Below, one piece after another: positions 34,913 to 44,057 of a DNA stretch of 64,000 nucleotides. Positions within the stretch are counted from its first letter, which is position 1. Each line of letters starts with the position of its first letter. Both the position numbers and the translations under genes were made by a program. Source of the DNA: a virus. Its lineage: Duplodnaviria; Caudoviricetes. The notes beneath the pieces are model-generated. The model was not told the DNA's origin. It searched no databases and was given only the letters and a program-made list of their open reading frames with translations. The stretch is from positions 29,192-93,191 of the IMG/VR virus record IMGVR_UViG_2775507097_000001. One strand, given 5' to 3'.

Positions 34913-36920
34913 GGGTCATCTCCCGGTAGTAGGCGAGCTCGGCGGGGGTGGTGAGGGGAGAGTTCACGACGGCCTGGTAGATCGGCTCGTAGCGTTCGCT
35001 GGCGTTGGCGTGCAGCGCCCGGCAAGCCTCGACGGCGCGCAGCGCACGCTTGTGGAGCTCGGCGGCCTTGCTGGCCTGGACCATGGCGTCGTCCGAGAGT
35101 TTGGCGAGCTTCCCGGCGAGCTTGTCTCCGCCCTTGACGGCCTTGGCCTGCTCGAGGAGCTTGATGACGGCCTTCGCCTGCTCCTGGGCGTGCTGCTCGA
35201 GGACGCGGGTGGCGTCGACGACGCGGGTCATGACGTCGGTCTTCTGCTCGAGTCGCTGCTGGAACCGGCGCAGGGTGCGGACTTCGCCGCGTGACATGGA
35301 GTCGCGGTAGTAGTCGTTGGTGCTGTACAGGTTGACCGTGTCTTCGGTGATGTGGTTGGCCCAGACGGGCTTCACTTCGTTGTCGGGGTCGGCGGCGGGC
35401 GCGGGCGTGGTCGGCGGGGGTTCGGTGGGCTTCGGCGGGTGGTAGTCGGCGCTGCTGGCCTGTCCGGTCACGGGGACGTCCTTCTCTCGCTGCTGCTGGA
35501 GCTCCTGCTTGCGCTGCTGGTGGGCCTTGTCGAGGCGGGCCTTCTCGCGTTCGGCAGCTTCAGTGGTGTCGCGGTGGCCGTCTTTGAAGCCGTCGCGGTA
35601 GGCCTGAACGTGAGCGACGGCTTTGGCGGTGCGGGAGCCGTCGCGGTAGCCGGTCTCACGGGAGTCCTGGGTGTTGACCTGTGTGCCCTGCCCGGTACCG
35701 GGAGTGGCGCCGGGCTTCTGGGGGGTTTTGCCGTCCGGTGCGGCCGCGCCCTTGCTGTCCTTGCTGCCCTTGGCGTCCTTCGGGTCCGTCTTGGGGTCCT
35801 TCTGGTCTGCGGCCTTGGGGTTGAGGTCCTTCGGGGTGTCGGTCTTCTTGGTCTGGCTGGTCTTGTCGGCCGCCAGGGACTTCTTCGGGTCGGGGCTGGC
35901 GTCGGGCTTCGGGCCCGTCTTGGGGTCGCTGTTCTTGGGGGTGTTGTTCTTGCCGCCGTCCGGGGCGGGCGCGGGGGCCGGCGCCGGAGGGTTCTTGCTG
36001 GCAGGTCCGGCGGGTCCCTGGGGGCCGGCCTTCCCCGTACCAGCGGGACCGTTGCCCGCGGGCCCGTGCTTGCCGTCCTTGCCGGTGCTGCTCTTGCTGT
36101 CGGGGCTGTTCTTCGGGGTGGGGGTCTTCGGGTCCTTGGCCTTGGACGGCTTGTCGGTGCCGCCGGTGTTCCCGCCGCCGCCCTTGGCGGAGCCGTTGCT
36201 GTTGCCCTTCGCGCCGTCGTTCTTGGGGCCGCGCGGGCTGGCGCCGGACTGGCCGCCGGATCCTCCGGACGGTCCGCGGCCTCCTCCCCCACCGGTCCCC
36301 GAGCCGCCGCCACTGCCACCGGACTTGCCGGTGGATCCGTTCCCGGACGATCCCGGCTTGTTCTTCGGCCCCTTCGGGCTGTGTCCGCCGCCGCCTTTGC
36401 TGCCCAGGCCCTTGCCGTTCCCGGGCTTTCCGCCGCCGGACGCGCCAGAGCCTCCGCCGGAACGGCTGGAAGTGCCGCCGAACAGTCCCCCGCCTGCCCT
36501 GTTAACCGAAACGGTGCGGGTTTCCTTTACCTGGAATGCATTCGCTTTCGCCTTGGAAATGTCGAGGCGCTTGTTGCGTGCGTCGGCGCCTTTCTTCCAG
36601 CGTTCCGCTCCGGCGAGGAGCCAGGCGCGGATGACACCGCGTTCCTGCCGCGTATTGGCGGCCGTTTTCGAGTCGTTCCGGGGGGTGTTTTCGTCGTTGT
36701 GGTAGGCGGCGCTGGAGGCTCCCGAGGAGGTCTCCTCGTTGGCGCCGTGGCCGGCCGTTTCGGTGGTGGGGTTGAGGTCGAAGGCGGGGGTCGCCGGCCG
36801 GGCGGGGTCGACCGCGGCGAACAGGGAGGTGAGCGCACCCGGCTGGGGGCTGCGGTTGGTGCTGGCCGCGGTCGGGTCGTTGGGGTCTGGTACGGCTGCA
36901 GAGACCGTGTCGGCCGCCAT
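34905..36920 (-). CDS. Transfer-module protein with Gly/Lys/Pro-rich low-complexity centre and coiled-coil C-terminus
   Basis: About 670-aa ORF, RETGYRDG motif, coupled to 34529..34912. Confidence 0.7.
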   Translation of the reverse strand: MAADTVSAAVPDPNDPTAASTNRSPQPGALTSLFAAVDPARPATPAFDLNPTTETAGHGANEETSSGASSAAYHNDENTPRNDSKTAANTRQERGVIRAWLLAGAERWKKGADARNKRLDISKAKANAFQVKETRTVSVNRAGGGLFGGTSSRSGGGSGASGGGKPGNGKGLGSKGGGGHSPKGPKNKPGSSGNGSTGKSGGSGGGSGTGGGGGRGPSGGSGGQSGASPRGPKNDGAKGNSNGSAKGGGGNTGGTDKPSKAKDPKTPTPKNSPDSKSSTGKDGKHGPAGNGPAGTGKAGPQGPAGPASKNPPAPAPAPAPDGGKNNTPKNSDPKTGPKPDASPDPKKSLAADKTSQTKKTDTPKDLNPKAADQKDPKTDPKDAKGSKDSKGAAAPDGKTPQKPGATPGTGQGTQVNTQDSRETGYRDGSRTAKAVAHVQAYRDGFKDGHRDTTEAAEREKARLDKAHQQRKQELQQQREKDVPVTGQASSADYHPPKPTEPPPTTPAPAADPDNEVKPVWANHITEDTVNLYSTNDYYRDSMSRGEVRTLRRFQQRLEQKTDVMTRVVDATRVLEQHAQEQAKAVIKLLEQAKAVKGGDKLAGKLAKLSDDAMVQASKAAELHKRALRAVEACRALHANASERYEPIYQAVVNSPLTTPAELAYYREMTHA

Positions 36921-36947
36921 CAACGTCCTCACTTTCTGTGACGGTTG

Positions 36948-37052
36948 GAGTTACTTCCTACTGGCCTCCCACCCCGGAAAGACCTGCCCGGGGCGGATCA
37001 TGGGGCGGGAAGATCGGCGTTCTTGGGCTGGGAGGGAGGTAGGAAGTAACTC
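36948..37052. repeat. Perfect 14-bp inverted repeat flanking an intergenic spacer
   Basis: GAGTTACTTCCTAC (36948-36961) and GTAGGAAGTAACTC (37039-37052). Confidence 0.85.
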
Positions 37053-37059
37053 AAGTTGG

Positions 37060-37656
37060 TTACGCAGGGTTGTTGCGGGTGCCCTTGCGGACGGCGATCG
37101 CGACGCCGGCGACGAGGACGCCTCCGGCGATCAGGAAGCCGGTGCTCGTGCCCGTCTTGCTGGTGTCGGTGGCGGACGCCGCGGTCTGCATGTCGTCGCC
37201 GCTGGTGCTGGTGTTGTACTGGGCCTGGCAGGCGTCGACGATGTCCCGGTAGGAGGAACTGAGGGACTTCCCGACGAGGTCCTTGCTGTTCGCGACGCAG
37301 GCGTCGACCTGCTTCTGCCGGACACTGTCCGTGCTCGTCTGGGACTTGTTGACCTGGCTCTGGACCTTCAGCTTTTCCAGCTCGAGGAGGTCTTTCTTGT
37401 AGGCGATTTCCTGCGCCTTGGCCTCGCTCTGCGCCTGGTCGGCCGAGTACATCTGGTAGCCGACGAGACCTCCCGTCGCGATGGCGGCCGCGCTGATGGC
37501 GAGGGCGACCTTTCCGCGCGGTGTGAGACCGGTCTTCACGGGATGGGCGGAAATTCCGTAGGGGGTGGGGTCGGCGTATTCGGGCTGAGGATTGGGGGAA
37601 TTCACGGTGTATCCCTCGCTGATGACGCGGTCGAATTCGGGGTCGTGGGCAGGCAT
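37060..37656 (-). CDS. Membrane protein with two hydrophobic segments (transfer module)
   Basis: GLTPRGKVAL plus TM, coiled coil, Cys pair, C-terminal TM with basic tail. Confidence 0.75.
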   Translation of the reverse strand: MPAHDPEFDRVISEGYTVNSPNPQPEYADPTPYGISAHPVKTGLTPRGKVALAISAAAIATGGLVGYQMYSADQAQSEAKAQEIAYKKDLLELEKLKVQSQVNKSQTSTDSVRQKQVDACVANSKDLVGKSLSSSYRDIVDACQAQYNTSTSGDDMQTAASATDTSKTGTSTGFLIAGGVLVAGVAIAVRKGTRNNPA

Positions 37657-37657
37657 T

Positions 37658-38176
37658 TCACTCTCCGTTCTGTCGTGCGAGGCGGGCGGCGTGGGTGAGG
37701 AGGGTCTCTACGGCGGGAAACTGCTGGTCAGGGAGGTCGTTCCAGGTGAAGAACTGCATGCCGATCCCGGCCTGGGCGAGGGCGGCCTGCATGTACTCGA
37801 CGGCCCTTTCGCGGGCGGCGGGGGTGACGTGTCCGGTCTTCTGGAGGAGGTTCTGGGCGCCGCGGACGCACATGCGGCCGGTGGGGGTGACGTCGACGGA
37901 CTGGCACCAGCCGTACCGGCGGAGGAGGGCGAGGGTCTGTTCGAGGTGGGTGGAGGGGCGTTGGGGGGTCGGGTTCTGCCACCAGCCGAGGTCGGCGAGG
38001 AGTCCGCGGACGGTGGCGGGGAGGAAGCGGTGGGACCAGGACGGCGTCTCCGGCACGGGCGCCGGCACCGGCCGGGGGGCTGCTACCGGGGTCCGGGTGG
38101 GGGCCGGGCGCGCGGGCGCCGCGGACGGGGTGGCCGTCCGCGACGCCTGCGGGGGGATCGTGGGGGCGGTGCGCAT
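37658..38176 (-). CDS. DUF6197-like protein
   Basis: GWCQ......G.MC..GA, WND motifs. Confidence 0.75.
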   Translation of the reverse strand: MRTAPTIPPQASRTATPSAAPARPAPTRTPVAAPRPVPAPVPETPSWSHRFLPATVRGLLADLGWWQNPTPQRPSTHLEQTLALLRRYGWCQSVDVTPTGRMCVRGAQNLLQKTGHVTPAARERAVEYMQAALAQAGIGMQFFTWNDLPDQQFPAVETLLTHAARLARQNGE

Positions 38177-38208
38177 CGGGGGTCCGGTCTCCTTCTTCGT
38201 GGTGCGGG

Positions 38209-39222
38209 TTAGAGGTATCCGCCGTCGGTGGTGGTGCGCTGCTGCTTGGTGCGGGACAGGACGGTGCGGACGTACGCATCACTCGCATCGATTCCGTGAT
38301 GCGCGAGGCGCGCCACGATCTGAGGCGCTGATGCGGTGGGGAGCGCATCGCGTACCACTCGGACTGCGGCAGCCTTGGAGAGGCCGTCGAGGTGCAGCGC
38401 CGCATCACCGTTGTGGGGCGCCACGGTTCGGGGCGCGCCACTGGGCATCTGGGGCGCATCATGGCCGCGAGCTGCGACTTCACTGACCGCATTAGTACGC
38501 GGGACGATGCTGCGAACCGGACTGTGGGGCGCCGGTGATACGCCGAGGACGACGGCCGCATCAGCAGAGTGGTGCGCATCGTCGGCCTGGTGCGCATCGT
38601 CGTGATGCTGCGTGATGCGCTCCGTATCACCGGTGGTGAGTTCGAGGGGGCGGCGGCGCATCAGGTCGCGCTGCCGGTCCTGCCGCGTCAGCTCGATGTC
38701 GAAGTCGGTGGAGACCTCCGTCATGAGGAGTTCCGCGCCCATCTGGCGGCGGCGCATCTCGATGCGGTGCTGCTGTTCTTCGAAGACCATGCCGCGTTCC
38801 ATCTCGGCGAGGGTGTGGAGTTCGTCGTGGGTGAGGGCGGCCGGGTCGCGGAGGTCTGCGAGGGCGAAGACCCATACGACCTTCGCGCCGAGGGGGAGGA
38901 AGGGGCCGACGACGGCCAGGGCGAGGCTGTTCTTCTCGATGCCGTGGAGGGAGAGGAAGGAGGCGACGAGGAGGAGGGTGATCCAGCCGACGGTGGGGAC
39001 GGGCCATGCCCGGCGGGCGATGCGGAGTCCGCGGGCTTCGGCGATGATGACGGAGCCCCAGACGATGTCGGCGCCGGAGGCGGCGGTGAGGGCGATGGGG
39101 CCGGTTCCGATGAGGTCGACGAGGCTCCATGTCGTCCAGGCCAGGGAGGCCAGCGACAGGAAGACCGCCGGGTACAGAAGCGGGCTGCTGCGCCGCTTCG
39201 TGGGGGCCTGGACGGTAGTCAC
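38209..39222 (-). CDS. Spd-like plasmid spread membrane protein
   Basis: Four N-terminal TM helices, coiled coil, low-complexity linker and HTH-like C-terminus (SKA.AVR...YVRTV.SR). Confidence 0.65.
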   Translation of the reverse strand: MTTVQAPTKRRSSPLLYPAVFLSLASLAWTTWSLVDLIGTGPIALTAASGADIVWGSVIIAEARGLRIARRAWPVPTVGWITLLLVASFLSLHGIEKNSLALAVVGPFLPLGAKVVWVFALADLRDPAALTHDELHTLAEMERGMVFEEQQHRIEMRRRQMGAELLMTEVSTDFDIELTRQDRQRDLMRRRPLELTTGDTERITQHHDDAHQADDAHHSADAAVVLGVSPAPHSPVRSIVPRTNAVSEVAARGHDAPQMPSGAPRTVAPHNGDAALHLDGLSKAAAVRVVRDALPTASAPQIVARLAHHGIDASDAYVRTVLSRTKQQRTTTDGGYL

Positions 39223-39244
39223 GGGGATCGGTGTCCTTTCGAGT

Positions 39245-39859
39245 TCAGGCGGTGCAGTAGGGGGTGTTGGGGAGTCCGGTGAGGGCGGCGATGGCGTCGC
39301 CGGTCAGGTGGTGGTGCTGGTGGAGCGCACTGGCGACGGCGGTGACGGCTGCCCAGTGGGTGTTCAGGGCTTGGTCGGCGAGGTCGTGAATGTGCTGGTA
39401 GTGAACGTCTTTGTCGCCGAACCCGACGTGGGGGTTGATGGCGAGGAAGGACGCCCGGTCGCTGTGGGCGGCTACCTCATTCGCGACGGCCCGTGTGGGG
39501 CTCCACAGTCCGGCTTCGTGCAGCCACCGGTCTGCGGCGCGTTCGCCGGCTGCGGAGTAGATGGCGTAGGCGTGGCCGTCGGCGAGGTGGCAGGCGTAGG
39601 TGATACCGCCTACTTCGGTGGTGGCCTCGCCGTGGACGATTTCGGCGGAGTGGAGGTGGGCTCGCGCGGTGAGGACGGTGATCGCGTGTCCGGATTCGTG
39701 GATGGCCCGGAGGTAGTCGAGCTGCGTTTCGGTTAGGCCCAGGGCGGTGTCGCTGTCGTCGCCAATGTCGGCTGCGTAGTTCCGGGTGGGGTAGGGCTGG
39801 CCGATAACACAGATGCCGTCGTGCCACGTGCTGGCGGGCGCTGCCGGGGTGCTGGTCAT
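39245..39859 (-). CDS. Zn metallopeptidase-like protein (M41/M50-like HExxH)
   Basis: AIHESGHA, AAGE.A, SD, W.AV.AVA.AL. Confidence 0.7.
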   Translation of the reverse strand: MTSTPAAPASTWHDGICVIGQPYPTRNYAADIGDDSDTALGLTETQLDYLRAIHESGHAITVLTARAHLHSAEIVHGEATTEVGGITYACHLADGHAYAIYSAAGERAADRWLHEAGLWSPTRAVANEVAAHSDRASFLAINPHVGFGDKDVHYQHIHDLADQALNTHWAAVTAVASALHQHHHLTGDAIAALTGLPNTPYCTA

Positions 39860-39904
39860 CGGGATCGGTGTCCTTCCGGGAAGTTCGGGCGGGCGGTCTG
39901 GGGG

Positions 39905-40126
39905 TCAGTGGCTGTGGTGGATGGGGGCCTGGAGGACCGTGTCGGGGGCGGTGTTGGCGGCGAGGGCCTCGAGCGCGTCGGCGATCCGGTCCAGGGCGAC
40001 GGCCTTGGCGAGGCTGGCGTGGACGTCGGCCTCGTGGAGCTGGCCGGCGCTGAGCCGGTTGAAGCCGTCACGGGGGATGAGGGCCTGGCGGGCGAGCTTG
40101 CGGTATTCGGCGGCGGTGTCGGCCAT
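39905..40126 (-). CDS. Hypothetical protein
   Basis: RBS GGAAGGA; co-directional with neighbours. Confidence 0.65.
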   Translation of the reverse strand: MADTAAEYRKLARQALIPRDGFNRLSAGQLHEADVHASLAKAVALDRIADALEALAANTAPDTVLQAPIHHSH

Positions 40127-40149
40127 GGGGTTCGGTGTCCTTCCGGTGG

Positions 40150-40464
40150 TCAGGCGGCGGGCGCCCAGCGGGCGGCGGTCTTGCGGAGGGCTTCGTGCCA
40201 GTCGCCGGTGAACGCGGCGGGGGCTTCGGGGTAGATGTCGGATCCGATGATCTGGAAGACCCGCATGCGGGCCTGCGCGTCCAAGATCTGAGGCACGCGG
40301 GCCTCGACGTACGCCTCGTACGCCTTGTGGCTCTCACTGGCCTCCGCGGTCCCTTCGCCGCGCCAGGGGCTCCAGTCGGGGTTCTGGGCTACGTACTCGG
40401 CGCTGGCCTGCACGTGCGCGGCGTGGCGTGCGTTGTCGTCGGCGTCGGTCATGGTGTCGATCAC
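40150..40464 (-). CDS. Hypothetical protein
   Basis: RBS GAAAGGA before GTG. Confidence 0.6.
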   Translation of the reverse strand: MIDTMTDADDNARHAAHVQASAEYVAQNPDWSPWRGEGTAEASESHKAYEAYVEARVPQILDAQARMRVFQIIGSDIYPEAPAAFTGDWHEALRKTAARWAPAA

Positions 40465-40511
40465 GGCGTTGGTCCTTTCTCGTGTGGTGCGGACGGGTGG
40501 TCGGGGGCGGG

Positions 40512-40649
40512 TCAGCCGCGGCCGATGGCCTTGCAGGCGTCGCAGACTCCGCCGTTCCAGTTGTCGAAGACGCCACCGCAGCCGTTGCACTGGCCGGAGT
40601 TCGCGACCACGTGCCACAGGCGGATGGCCTTCTTCTTCAGGTCCTTCAT
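40512..40649 (-). CDS. Small Zn-finger protein
   Basis: MKDLKKK...CNGC...CDAC; RBS GAAGGAG. Confidence 0.65.
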   Translation of the reverse strand: MKDLKKKAIRLWHVVANSGQCNGCGGVFDNWNGGVCDACKAIGRG

Positions 40650-40743
40650 GGGGTGGTGCTCCTTCCGGTGGTGCGCGGTGGGGTGGTTGCTGGTCGTGCT
40701 CGGCACCGGGCCACCGTGGTGGCTGACCCGGCACCGGGCGCGG

Positions 40744-41160
40744 TCAGAGCGGGTTGAGGTCGTAGACGGTCTTGGCGATGTCGGTGCGGGGGGTGATGTA
40801 GGCGTCGTGGTCGGCGAAGTCGGCGCCCGCGGTGCGGGCCTGGTCCTGGGTGTCGGTGGGGAGGGTGCGGAGTGCCGGGTTCTCGTCGGCGTTCAGCAGC
40901 CGGGCGACGAGGGCGGCGATGAGGGCGGCCACGTCGATCTGCTGGCCGGCCGGGTCGGTGGATCCGGCGAGCATGGTGACGACGGTCTGCGTCTGCTGGA
41001 TCGTCAGCCGGTCCACGGCCAGGGCGCGGACGCCGTCGGCGATGAGGTCCAGGCCGTGGTGGAAGCCGGCCAGGTCGTCGAGGAGGCCGGCGAGGTCGTC
41101 GTTCAGGGGCGGGACCGCGTTGTCCGCGGTGTGCACGTGCGTGCCCGGGTGCGCGGCCAT
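40744..41160 (-). CDS. Hypothetical protein
   Basis: Coupled ORF with GC-biased codon usage. Confidence 0.7.
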   Translation of the reverse strand: MAAHPGTHVHTADNAVPPLNDDLAGLLDDLAGFHHGLDLIADGVRALAVDRLTIQQTQTVVTMLAGSTDPAGQQIDVAALIAALVARLLNADENPALRTLPTDTQDQARTAGADFADHDAYITPRTDIAKTVYDLNPL

Positions 41161-41795
41161 CAGTCGTCGTCCTCATCCGCGTACGGGTCGACGATCTCGC
41201 CGAACCAGTCGTCCAGAGCCGCGATCGCGCGGGGCATGTCGACCTGCCGGTGGTCCAGCACGGTCTTCGTGATCTCACGCGGATCCAGCTCGAGGAACGT
41301 GTCGACGATCTCGGCTGCCAGCTCCGGGTCAGTGGAGATGAAGGCGTCCGCGGTCCACTCCCCCGAGTCGATGACCTCGCCGGTCTGGCCTTCCATCCGC
41401 GCCATCAGCTCGGCACAACGGCGGGCAACGCTGGCGTCGTCGACCTCGATGAGCGCTTCAATGGCGGGCTGGGCCTGCTGGAACGCGGCACGCAGCTTGT
41501 CGTCGTGGGCGCTCATCGAGTCGATGACGTCGGCGAGGGTTTCGGCCTGCTTTGCGGACAGGTCGATGCTGTGGCAGCGGTCGACGTCGTCACCGGTAAC
41601 CCCGATCGGGGCGAGGTTCAAGCGGATCGTCGGCTTGTCACCGGGCTTCCGCAGTCCCTCCAGCAGATGCAGGGCCTCGGACAGGTGCTCGATGGCCCGG
41701 TTCCGAACCGCCTTCTCGGCCTCGCAGAGGGGGCAGCCGGTGACGAAGCGGAGGGTCTTGAGGTGGTTGTGGCCGGCGTCCGGGTTGCGTTCCAT
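41160..41795 (-). CDS. Hypothetical acidic protein
   Basis: Coupled ORF with CPLC motif. Confidence 0.7.
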   Translation of the reverse strand: MERNPDAGHNHLKTLRFVTGCPLCEAEKAVRNRAIEHLSEALHLLEGLRKPGDKPTIRLNLAPIGVTGDDVDRCHSIDLSAKQAETLADVIDSMSAHDDKLRAAFQQAQPAIEALIEVDDASVARRCAELMARMEGQTGEVIDSGEWTADAFISTDPELAAEIVDTFLELDPREITKTVLDHRQVDMPRAIAALDDWFGEIVDPYADEDDD

Positions 41796-42004
41796 CAGAC
41801 CGTCACCTTCTTCACGATGACGAGGAAGGAGTCGGCGGCGAGGTCCATGACGACCTCGGCGGGCTGGCCCTCAAGGCGGAGGGCCTCGGCGAACTCCTCA
41901 GCCGGCCAACTGCCGCGCGGGGCGCCGGCGGGGAACGACTCGAGGACGGTGGTCTTGGGAGTGGTGCTAGCACTGCTTGTCGATGCGCAAGTAACATCAC
42001 GCAT
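41795..42004 (-). CDS. Small hypothetical protein, first gene of the leftward operon
   Basis: FPAG.PRGSWPAE.FA..., RBS AGGAGG. Confidence 0.7.
   Translation of the reverse strand: MRDVTCASTSSASTTPKTTVLESFPAGAPRGSWPAEEFAEALRLEGQPAEVVMDLAADSFLVIVKKVTV
41974..41993. promoter_or_regulatory. Operator-like site, copy 2
   Basis: Reverse complement TACTTGCGCATCGACAAGCA matches 42131-42150 at 18 of 20 positions. Confidence 0.6.
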
Positions 42005-42128
42005 TAGGTCGACCTCCTGGTGAAGCAGGGGTTCGGCTGTCCGTTCCGGTGTTGAAGCACCGTTCGGGACTGGGAGCCCCGGTCGGCCACAACCCGACCG
42101 GGGTTTCTTGCTGTACCGACACTACGAC

Positions 42129-42152
42129 AGTACTTGCGCATTGACAAGTACT
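42129..42152. promoter_or_regulatory. Palindromic operator-like site, copy 1
   Basis: AGTACTTG-N8-CAAGTACT in an AT-rich divergent intergenic region. Confidence 0.7.
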
Positions 42153-42168
42153 ATGGAGAGGTGAGTTC

Positions 42169-42462
42169 ATGGCAGCAGCAGACGAAAGGAGGGAGATCCC
42201 CGAGATGGTGACGTTCACGGAGATCGCAAAGCGTGTGACGGACCGGCAGCTGGTCCCCAGACCGATCACACGCCAGGGCGTCCGGCACATCGCGGAGACC
42301 GACCCGGCATGGCCGGTACCGGCCGAGAAGTGGATGAAGATCGGAAACGCCTGGGCGATGCCGTGGGAGCCCGTCGAGGAGTTCTTCAAGAACCGTGAGG
42401 TCCGCGGGCGAGGCCCAGCCAAGGCCCAGCAACGACAGCCAGAGGTAGGCGACGAGGGCTGA
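42169..42462 (+). CDS. Small DNA-binding protein (repressor/Xis-like)
   Basis: TF.EIA......ITRQGVR.IA.TDP.WP; divergent from the leftward operon; paralog of 44058..44315. Confidence 0.7.
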   Translation: MAAADERREIPEMVTFTEIAKRVTDRQLVPRPITRQGVRHIAETDPAWPVPAEKWMKIGNAWAMPWEPVEEFFKNREVRGRGPAKAQQRQPEVGDEG

Positions 42463-42648
42463 CAGTGCGCCCGCATGCGGTCCTCCAGAGTCGTCGATCA
42501 GTACTGACTCCATGCCAGCACCGGTCGCAGGCCTCGGAGTTGAGGCGGCTGTTGGCAATCAGGCCGACGATGATTTGCCAACAGACAAAGACCGCGAACA
42601 GGGCGCCAAGCCCTCCCGGCGAGATGAGAGAGGAGGAAGACTCGGCGC

Positions 42649-43854
42649 ATGACGACCTTCCCGGAACTGCTCCGTGAGTGGCGCCTGGCTGCCCACATGT
42701 CCCTCGCGGACCTGGCCCAGCGCGTCCGCTACGACCGCACGTCGCTGCACAACTTCGAGACCGGCCGCCGGCCGACCCCGTTGTCTGTGGCGGAGGCCGC
42801 GGACGAAGCGACCGGCGCGAACGGCGCGCTGGTGGAGGCGTGGAACCGGGAGGACCTTCAGCGGCGGGAGGCTGCGGCAACGCACCGGGTGAGGGCTGCG
42901 GCCCTGGCCATGACGCGGGATCTGACCGCGCTGGCGGACCTGGACATCGCAGAGCTGCAGGACGGTGTCGCCATTACGGCGGTCGACTATCTGGCTTCTC
43001 CCCCGGGTCCGATGATGGACCGGGCGCACGTGCTGCGCGGTGAAGCGTTCGAGCGGATCCGGTCCGGGCATCACCGTCCGGCTGACCGGTCCGATCTGTA
43101 CGTGGCCGCGGGCCGCCTGTCCGGGGTGCTGTCGTACGCGCTGCTGGATATGGGCGATGCGGACGAGGCGCTCGAGCACGCCACCGCGGCGGGCCGGTGC
43201 GCCGAGTTCGCCGGGGACGCCGAGCTGGCCGCGTGGGTGGCGGGTACGAAGTCGCTGATCGCGCGCTTCCAGGGCGACTACGGGCGCGCGCTGGAGTACA
43301 TCCGGGACGGCTACCAGTGGGTTGGGGCCGGGCACGGCACCGGTGAGGCGCGTCTGCGCTGCGGTGAGGCCCAGTGCCTCGCGAACCTCGGTGACAGCCG
43401 GGCCGCGAACCAGGCCCTGGACGGCGCCGAAGCCGCACGGGAACGGATCCGCCGCCCGGACTCTCTCGAGGGTCTGTTCGGGTTCTCGAGGGCGAAGCAG
43501 TCCTACTACGCCGGGTCCAGCTTGATCTGGCTGCAGGGCGGCCACGACGCGGAGCGCGCGGCGCGGGAAGCCCTCGAGGCGATCGCGCTGTGGCAGTCCG
43601 GTCCGGTGGAAGAGCGGTCGCTGGATGACGAGCGGCTCGCCCACATCTACCTCGCCACGGCCCGGGTGCAGCTCGATGACGTGGAAGGCGCGGCCGATGC
43701 CCTGGTGCCGGTCCTGTCGTTGCCAGTGGAAGAACAGATTTCGTGGATCGTGAAGCGAATGGACCGGGTGGCGGGAATGCTCGGTGCTCCCCGGTACGCC
43801 GGTAACCAGACGGCTACCGAGACTGTCGAGCAGATCAACGCCCTTGCGGCGTGA
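42649..43854 (+). CDS. XRE-family HTH regulator with TPR-like C-terminal domain
   Basis: LRE.R....MSL..LA..V.Y....L..FETGRR, followed by Ala-rich helical repeats. Confidence 0.88.
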   Translation: MTTFPELLREWRLAAHMSLADLAQRVRYDRTSLHNFETGRRPTPLSVAEAADEATGANGALVEAWNREDLQRREAAATHRVRAAALAMTRDLTALADLDIAELQDGVAITAVDYLASPPGPMMDRAHVLRGEAFERIRSGHHRPADRSDLYVAAGRLSGVLSYALLDMGDADEALEHATAAGRCAEFAGDAELAAWVAGTKSLIARFQGDYGRALEYIRDGYQWVGAGHGTGEARLRCGEAQCLANLGDSRAANQALDGAEAARERIRRPDSLEGLFGFSRAKQSYYAGSSLIWLQGGHDAERAAREALEAIALWQSGPVEERSLDDERLAHIYLATARVQLDDVEGAADALVPVLSLPVEEQISWIVKRMDRVAGMLGAPRYAGNQTATETVEQINALAA

Positions 43855-44057
43855 AGGAAGGAGCGTGTCAGGTGCGTAGCCCGCCCTGAACAGCAGAGAC
43901 GGCCGATCCGGGTTTCCCCGGTCGACCGCCTCCACGCCGGCGTACTGCGAATACGACCCGGCAGCACAGAGACCCACTCCTGAAAGAAGGACCTGTACGT
44001 GTCGAGCCTAGCGACAACTTCGAGAACATCGAAGTTCAAGGGTGCCGGTGATCCCCA

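Noticed and set aside
35700-36480. Gly/Pro-rich stretch as a collagen-like fibre
   Set aside because: Only a few G-x-y triplets are present; the rest is general low-complexity linker in a non-structural operon.
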